A stretch of 64,000 nucleotides of DNA, from NCBI GenBank assembly GCA_023334545.1, contig JAADVB010000030.1:1-64000 (forward strand). The letters run 5' to 3'. Under the pieces are notes generated by a model. It saw only the letters and a list, made by a program, of their open reading frames with translations, did no database searches and had not been told where the DNA came from. The position numbers and the translations under genes were made by a program. Shown piece by piece: positions 56,501 through 64,000 of this stretch; position 1 is the first letter of the stretch; every line of letters begins with the position of its first letter. The stretch comes from Salisapilia sapeloensis CBS 127946. Its lineage: Eukaryota; Protista; Oomycota.

Positions 56501-57927
56501 AATCTCTGTTATAGATGCATTTCATAGAGCAAGTTATGCAAAAAGAGATTTTAAGTGTCTATATTGACGCTAGAAATCGTCTTGTGCTCGTCTTCATCAA
56601 GTCTTTAAACAACGTCTACGATGTTGAGTTAAAACGATTGAAATGCATTTTATTTATGGTAGAACGACAAATAGAAGCGCCTATACAACATATTTAATCA
56701 GGTCTAAAAGCATTCACGTCTTAAGTGTAAAGCATTTTGGATGCTCTAGCTGTCGTAGAAGATTAAAAGGCAAACAAATAAAGGTGGTTGTTGATTGAGG
56801 AACTATCTGTTGCTAAAATGATAAGGACGGCTCAGTGCATTGATGAAGCTAAATGCCGGTATGAGCTGATTAGGTAGTGAAAGCAGTAGACTCAATTTGC
56901 TTTGCGTGCGGATCGCATCCGGTTTTCCGGCTTTGCATACTTTTGCGCACAGGTTTTGCTTCTGTTTGACACTAATTTTAGCAAAGAATATGGTCTATAA
57001 TAGACAAGTACGTCACTATTATCACTTTAAATGAGCAGACGCATTTGAGTAGTTTGGTACTTTAGCTTTGAATGCACTCATACGTGGCGTCGAATCTTGC
57101 TTTGAGCTGGAGCGTTACGTTGTCGAATTTGAATCGTGCAATTTGTATTTATCGCTCCCGAAGAAAATATTTTCGGGCTTGAAGAGCCTAACTAATGCCG
57201 CTTGCTTTCGTATATTCTTCGTGGAAACTGCTCTTGCTTAACATAATGCAGTCAAACCTGTGAAATGCCTAGGCGTGTGCTGATGCAGCATATAAATAAG
57301 GTATTTAGTTTTGTAAGAAAATGTTTATGCTGGATTATTTATCTACTTAAAAGCGTAGCTATCGAGCATCCAACGCGCGCCATTCTCTATCATAGGCCAT
57401 AGTAGAAGTTAGCAGCATTGACGATATTATAACTATATCTTTTTCTACATTTACTGCTGCTATGCATAAAAGTATAGTTATACACACAGTATTCGCACCA
57501 CGAAGTCAGTATGCTTCATCTCTAGTAAAAATCTACATTGAACCACTAAGCACGTTACCTGTAATAGCAACCCTCCAAATTTGGATAAGGTGTCGCGCAA
57601 AGCTTTTGAGTTTGCTCATCCGCTATTTGGGCAGAAATGATGCTTGAAGACGCGTTCGATGATTACGGAGATAGACATTTCGTTTTGAACCTGATGCTAA
57701 ATGATCCGTTATGTGCACTCTCGTATAAAAGTCATGATCTAAACCAATACTGCTCTCGACCAGTATCGTCGAGTAGGTATGCGCCAGTATTAACTATCAG
57801 TGTAAAGATGTTAAAACGAGTTTAATGGTACTACACTTGTTAGAATGTTGGTACTTATACGGAGATAATTGCAGAGTCACCTTTGCCAACACTTACTTCA
57901 ACAAAATTTACCACGAAACTATTTATC

Positions 57928-60900
57928 CTATATGTGACGGTGCCATATGCGTACTATTATAGCGAAAAGAACCCAAATCAGGACCCAAATCTTGTATACT
58001 ATCCCATTTGCGAATAACACACTAACATCGAAAAGATCAAACGTGTACCCCACTACAAAATATTTGCAAAACGACTCTGGGCAAAAGAGTATACCGTGTA
58101 TGCTGTCTCGAGCCTCGAAATTGAACGTTGTACTCGTTATCTGTGCTGTTATCATCCAAGCAGAAGGAAATTAAAGAGCTTCAAATTGGTAAAATTGAAA
58201 ACATTGATCGAACCTTCAATTGACAATATACACGCATTTCAAAATATTCTTTCTTGCCGACCAAATCATGCGCAGCTCGTGCTGCCTGACAAAGCTTAGC
58301 AATGTCATCAACACAGCATCGAGTAGTAAAGGCTGATTCTGTATTTTGCAGGCCGTCTTGCTTGAGAAGCCACACGATGATATCCACACACACCCTACAC
58401 GAGGCAAACATTATCACAGACCACACGGTATTTTCCACGCTTCTGACAAATGGTCTTCGCACATTCGATAATTCCTACTATCATTAATGCTGAAATAATC
58501 CAGGAAGATCAAAATTGCCCAGTCAACAAAGTTGTTAATGTGGCCTGCAGCTACATGCACAGCGTAATTGAATGGGTGCGCTCGATAGTCATTTTTAGAA
58601 AACTTTGACACATCCACAAAGTAGGCTTTATCCTCACTGCAGCTGACTCGAAGCTTTCACTGCCGTTATCATCGACTTCAGTGATGGCTAGATTTCTGTC
58701 CATCTGCTCCTTCTGAATCATCTTGACATCTTGCATACGGAGTGGATTTTTGTTGGTGATGCTCTTGTTGTGATTTCTACTCGTCTGATTGCTGTCTGAT
58801 AAGATTTTAACCATTTCTGGGAAATCGTCCTGACTTAGACTGTCATCTTTAGGACGTGTGTGATCCTCGATGTCAGGCTGCTCATTGTCTGTCTATTTTA
58901 AAGACAAGTGCAATATATTACTAGAGAGATCATTCTCGTCCGCACCATCTCTAGTAGGGTCGTTCTCACTTTCAATGTCTAATTCAGCAGCTGCTTCTTA
59001 CAGCTTTGCCACAAAGTCATCCGGGGGACGACAGCCCTTTCAAGAATGCGCTGCACTCTCTCCTTGGCTACATACTTTTTAACGACGTCATCGGAAAAAT
59101 CTGCAATCGCATTCAGTACAAGGCCCGGGTCGTTAGATAGCAAAACTGATTCAATAATGTCTTGTATGAGAAAACCTCCAAATAACGCGAGCGCCGAACA
59201 CGTCAGCGAGATGGCCATCTCAATCTTCTCTTTTTTTAGCAACCTGTACCTCTATCTTGGGAAACTATCATAAGTTTGTTGAAGTTGCTTTGAAGTATCT
59301 GCAGACCGTTTTGTTTTGCAATGAGGCGCATTGATTTCGAGTTATTTACGATATAGTATCTGCAGACTCTTTTCATTCGCTGTCGTACGCTCTTTAAGCC
59401 TTTGAATGGAGGCTTTGATACATCCCGTCCAATCTGAATTTTCCATATTTTGATCCCTTTTATATAATAAGCATCCATCTGCATGTTTGAAATAAAATCT
59501 CGCTCGCACATTTCCGAAATGATCGTCAGACACAGATTACGATCGTGGTTTTCGTACGCGAATCGTCGCGGAAGCGACATAATTCAGCCGTTTTGAATAT
59601 ATGGCTTTATTGCCTCAAGCTCGAGCCGACCAAGAGCTAGTTTCATAATGAGACTGTCATCATTCATGCAAATCGAGTAGAACAGTTTCGATTGGAACAA
59701 CTTCGTTCAATATGTTTGGGTTGTGTCATGGGTTTCAATTAGTTTCTGAGCACACTCTACGTACTGAAACGCCATGGTCTTCATAATTTTGCCTCGGAAC
59801 TTTTCCTTGAGGGACTTGTTTTCGACTGCTTCCGAAACAAATTAATGGTAGTTACAACTTTCGTACGGATCTATTCCATAGCGTATCAACCGTTGCAGCG
59901 CATCCAGGTTTTTGAACTTCACAGCTTGTTGCAGTAACGCCGCTTCGTTTAAATGCTTTGCTGTTTTAATCCAGAAGTCGTCGCCGATCCATTTGATGAT
60001 AGAACCCCTCTTATCAGTATCTTCCGTCGTGAATGCCAAGTACAGCACTTCGACTTGATGACCTTTTAAGACGCTAGAAACTTGACGCTTCCATTGGAAG
60101 TCCATGAGTCCATCTCTAGCTTTTGTGACCTCTTTAGACCGAGTGGTCATATCATTCACTGAGTTTTCAAAGAGTGTCTGGCGCAAGAAACCTTGCAGAG
60201 TCTCACGCTTTTCACTCTTGAGCGCTTTGTCAAGACTTGTGAACGGTTCCTCGGGGGGCGACAAACTTTTCGAAATTGTGAAGCTTCAGGCACGTTCCTT
60301 TGCAGTTTCACCATAGCTGTTCTTCGCATTCGGATTTGATCCCCATTCGGTCATGAGTTTTATAACCCCTACATTTTCTTCCAAGACAGCATGATGAAGT
60401 GGGATCTCACTAGTTCCACCGTTCCTATTTACCTCTCCTTCATGTTCTACCAACAACTTTGCCACAGCTAGTTGCTCCTTCTCTGCAGCACGATGAAGCG
60501 GAATGTCACCATCGTCTTCCACCACATTTACATCCGCCCCATGCTCTAGTAGTAACTTGGCAATTTCAGGAAACTTCTTGAGAGAGCAACATGTAACGGC
60601 GTGTTCTCATACTTGATCTTTGCATGCACGTCCGCTTCATGCTGTAAGAAAAGTTTCGCCATCTCCTTGCTTCCGAACTTAGTAGCAACATGGAGTGGTA
60701 TCCCATCGAATTTTCTGAATGCATTCACGTCTGCACCGTGTTCCAAAAGCAACTGCGCAACCTGTTTTTGTCTTCACCTGGCAACGTAATGAAGAGCGGT
60801 CGAATCCAAATAATCTACCTCCCGTATTTCTGCTCCGTACTGCAAGAGAAATTCGATTACTTTGACATGACCTCCTTCCGCTGCCTTATCAAAGGGCGGC

Positions 60901-61149
60901 GTACACTCATCATCGTCATTGGCCCAATTGGCATCCCCTCCTTGATCATTATTCAACCCCTTCTACGTCTCCAGACTTGGCGTACTTCCATAGCCTCTTA
61001 TCAGGACTTCGAGAAAGCTTACTGACAGTTCTTTTAACAAGGCTTGATCTTGCTATGACTTGGGACTCGATAGGCAAATGGGAAAATGACGGTTGATGCT
61101 TGAAAGCGATGAATGAAGGGAGAATAGTGCGCTTCATAGGTGCACCCAT
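57928..61149 (-). pseudogene. Fragmented ankyrin-repeat gene with C-terminal hydrophobic segments
   Basis: Consecutive minus-strand fragments in shifting frames: LWKYAKSGDVEGVE*, PFDKAAEGGHVKVIEFLLQYGAE, LLEHGADVNA...PLHVA, PLHRAAEKEQLAVAKLLVEHEG and PLHHAV...WGSNPNAKNSYGET. Further fragments run down to the TM-like VLFANGIVYKIWVLIWVLFAIIVRIW. Confidence 0.8.
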
Positions 61150-62068
61150 AGAGCATCCTCCTCACAGGATTTGACAAAGCAGCACATTGTTACTAGAGAA
61201 ATCGCTCCAAACGTCGAAACTAGTTTTACGCACAGTATAAGCAAGATGACAAGACTAGGATTTTCACATAAAAATCAATTTCTGTCATTGTGCTAATTCT
61301 CTTCCATGGTAAAGCAGAGGACGCGTTTGGATGTAGTTAAAAGCGTCCATAGCTTCATTCTGGGTCTGATACTTTGCACCCAGAACAAAACTGAGAATGG
61401 ATATTTTCTCTGCACATATGCAAGACCGGGGCAAGCGCACGCTAGTGTTCAAGCAGCGATGCGTCAGTAAACTGTGAGAGGTCTGCTGTTGCCTGCATCT
61501 TTCGTCGGAACCTACTGGTAGGATATGAAGCTAGATATCGACAAAGCTGCCAGAGTTGGTCGGTGTATATCCTTCAATGCCACTTTATGACAAGGTTGAG
61601 ATGCAGACCGCGAATGTTCGGTCATGAGCGTTCCGAGTACACTTCCAGGAATGCATTGACCCTAGCTCAAAGCTCATACGATGCAGTATGCTGTCTAGAG
61701 AATACAAGTTACTGCTTTCTATGATGTAGACATGTAGTACTGGAGCTCTAGTATTCGTTTAGTATTAAAGTAGACTGCCGAAGAGAGTTTGACAGCTACC
61801 CATGCAGCATACAGGTTGCGGATGGGCGATGGGGTCCTTTGAACCTTTTTGCTCCATCTGATCTCTTATGGCCACTTTATGCCATGGATTGGACAGGAAG
61901 ATCTTTTAGTAGCTGGACACTAAAAGTCGACCTGGGTACAGCAGACGGAGCCTGCTCTCTCCAAGTCATCCATCTACGTATTGGACTGGATTCTAGTAGC
62001 TAGTTAAAACAGGCAATGGATAAAGAAGACCTAGAGGCTGTAAACGCATGTCATGTATTCAATCGTGC

Positions 62069-64000
62069 CTACTCGTCGTGTTCCGTCTTTTGCTCCGAGA
62101 CTAGTTTGCGCCGTCCTCTCTTTCGACGTGTGGCTGCGTCCTGTGTCATTTCAAAGTCAATCTCCTGCGAGTCCATCCGCACTGCGTCCCACGTGTACAT
62201 GAAGATCGACCAGACTTGATCGAGCGCACAAGTCTTTACGTCCAAAGTGATGCGAGGCAGCTCCAGTCGCTGCGTGGCATCTGCAAGCACCGTAGGTTGG
62301 CTAGCTTCCTTCTGCGGTCTGTACGTCTGACAGCGCTCGTTTTCGACGAGGTAGACAGACTTAAGGAAGACTTTAAGACCTAGCAGCATGCCGATCGGAA
62401 GCGCATGGAGACTTTGGAGGCGAGTCGAGTCACGAAGGTTGGGGGCTGTCGAGGCATAGTCGTCGATATCGACGTCCGATAGATCCGGCTCTCTCTCCTG
62501 CATGAGCTCCGGTGCGATGCCAAGGTCTGCGAATTCTTGCTTGAGCGTCTCGAGTAGGTTTCTATCAGATGCAAGAGTAAGGATTCTGGATCCGGAGGTA
62601 AGAGAAGAGGTACGTACGATGCATGTAGCGTGACGAATCGGTTGATGTGATAAATAAGGAAGAGCGGCTCATCTTCTAGAGCATAAGGGAGGGATGAGAG
62701 CAGGTGCGTCAGGTAGGAGAGGTAGTCTAGTCTCTTGACCGCGTCCTCCGTTGTCGACGGCATTTGCTTGATGGCGAATTGGTTCAGGACTGCCTTGAGG
62801 AACAAATTGCGTTGGGAGCGAGGCGTCCGGAGACAGTTGGAGTAGAGTTGACCAAAGACGCTTCCTCTGCTTGGGTCTTCATCGACAAAGGGAGAGACGA
62901 GAGCAAAGGCTTGCGACTGGAAGGTAAAGGAGCGACGTATGCCGTCCACCGCCGCGGTTGCCAGGAGCTTGGGGAACTTGGCGTGCAGCGTACCTAGCTG
63001 GTCCTGCGCCAGCTCTCGATTGGCAACGACCTTGTCGGAGGCAAGCGCCACGAGTGTCGGGATGCATTCAAAAGGTCCGACGAGTCCTTGTGTCAGGAGT
63101 TTCGAGAGACAGCCAGCAGCCTCCGACCGGACGTGTGTAGATGGGTGGAGTGCGAGAGACAGAATGTTGTGTAGCTGCGCCTGCATGACGCTCCCGACGA
63201 GAGACGCGTCTCCATCCCGATCTCCTGCCACTTGCTCTCGAGCGTTTCGAGCGAGTCTCTTGGGACTAGATGCGTCCGCCAGTCGTTCCTCTTCGACTTG
63301 CAGGAGGTTCTGGATGCTCGTGAGACACTGCGTCGCGACGTCCTCCGACCCACTGCGCAGGAGCATTTCTAGTATACGATCTTCATGCGCCTCCAGCAAG
63401 AGTCTCGGTCGAGCGATGAAGAGGAAGCTGAGGCCTTGGACGGCTTTCGTAGTCCACCGGGGCGACGGACTGGACACGAGGTAGGCTGTGTAGACCTTGT
63501 AGAGCGACTGAGTAATGTTGCCAGGCTCGAGGTCGCTCCTGTCTGGCTCTAGGCCTGAGTGTTCGTCTAGGTCGATTGCCGAGACGAACTGACTGGCGCA
63601 GAAGAGCGCTCTTTGGACGGACGCATCGATGCTTGGCGTCATACTGATGGGAGTATCCGATGGCTCAAAGTTCTGGAGGCAGGCGTAGAAGACGTCGAGC
63701 ATGCTGAAGAGGAGTGTGGGGGAAGTATTCGTCTTCTTTGGGAGCAGAGCGAGGCACTTGATGGCAGGTCCGACGACGCTCGGAGGTGCTTTGAAGACCA
63801 GGTCCTTCATGTCTGTCTCCAACTTGGTGACGATCCTCGGTGGAATGCGCGTCATGTCGTCGAGTACTTGCTCGAGCATGGAGATGACGACGCTCTGGAC
63901 TTTGGCTTCATTCGCTTTGGACAGGTTGTCATCTCCTCCGACGTACACCATGAGCACTCGAACGTGCTTCACCAAGAGACTCGGATTCGCCTCGCTAAAG
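62069..64000 (-). CDS. NIPBL: Cohesin loader NIPBL/Scc2, C-terminal part (runs off window; intron 62562-62617)
   Basis: SLVGSVMQAQLHNILSLAL, LLTQGLVGPFECIPTLVALASD, YLTHLLSSLPYALEDEPLFLIYHI and LLGLKVFLKSVY match the Nipped-B C-terminal domain. Confidence 0.92.

Noticed and set aside
56908-56930. Small hairpins CGGAT-CGC-ATCCG and CCGG-TTTT-CCGG
   Set aside because: Stems of 4-5 bp are expected by chance, with no RNA-family context.
56515-57300. Alternative genetic code (TAA/TAG read as Gln)
   Set aside because: Intact genes in the window end in TAA, TAG and TGA and have no internal stops. The stops here fit pseudogene decay.
4664-64000. Numerous antisense or alternate-frame ORFs (e.g. 4664-5191, 10837-11466, 21883-22746, 40456-41130, 41803-42423, 52245-52949)
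   Set aside because: Shadow ORFs overlapping well-supported genes, expected from GC-rich codon usage. Many begin at non-ATG codons.
1-64000. tRNA, rRNA, CRISPR arrays, telomeric repeats, intact transposons
   Set aside because: None recognised by eye. tRNAscan-SE, Infernal and RepeatMasker were not run.

Overview
Eukaryotic nuclear DNA. It is most consistent with a compact oomycete/stramenopile genome: about 26 protein-coding genes in 64 kb, short GT-AG introns of roughly 45-100 nt, and intergenic gaps as short as about 30 bp. The species cannot be determined from sequence alone. From 0.6 to 53.5 kb the window is gene-dense. It holds recognisable housekeeping genes (PTEN-like phosphatase, CCR4-type deadenylase, WASH1, TRAPPC11, PNO1, SET methyltransferase, anthranilate synthase I, PP2C, adrenodoxin reductase, kinesin, Asterix) and four IQ-motif/coiled-coil genes. 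The most unusual structure starts at about 53.6 kb: a gene-free, very AT-rich island of about 3 kb with an A/T strand-skew inversion near 55.45 kb. It is followed by a gradient of decayed coding relics and a frameshifted ankyrin-repeat pseudogene (57.9-61.2 kb), before normal genes resume with NIPBL/Scc2. This is a candidate short regional centromere/origin or a decayed foreign insertion. Other candidates for novelty are a type II membrane protein resembling phage virion beta-propeller proteins, a catalytically truncated MULE-derived gene, a Tudor/TFIIS-N protein with PP1-docking motifs, and a 4-exon Roadblock-like gene missed by the ORF track. Exon boundaries were read by eye, and all family assignments come from motif recognition rather than database searches.
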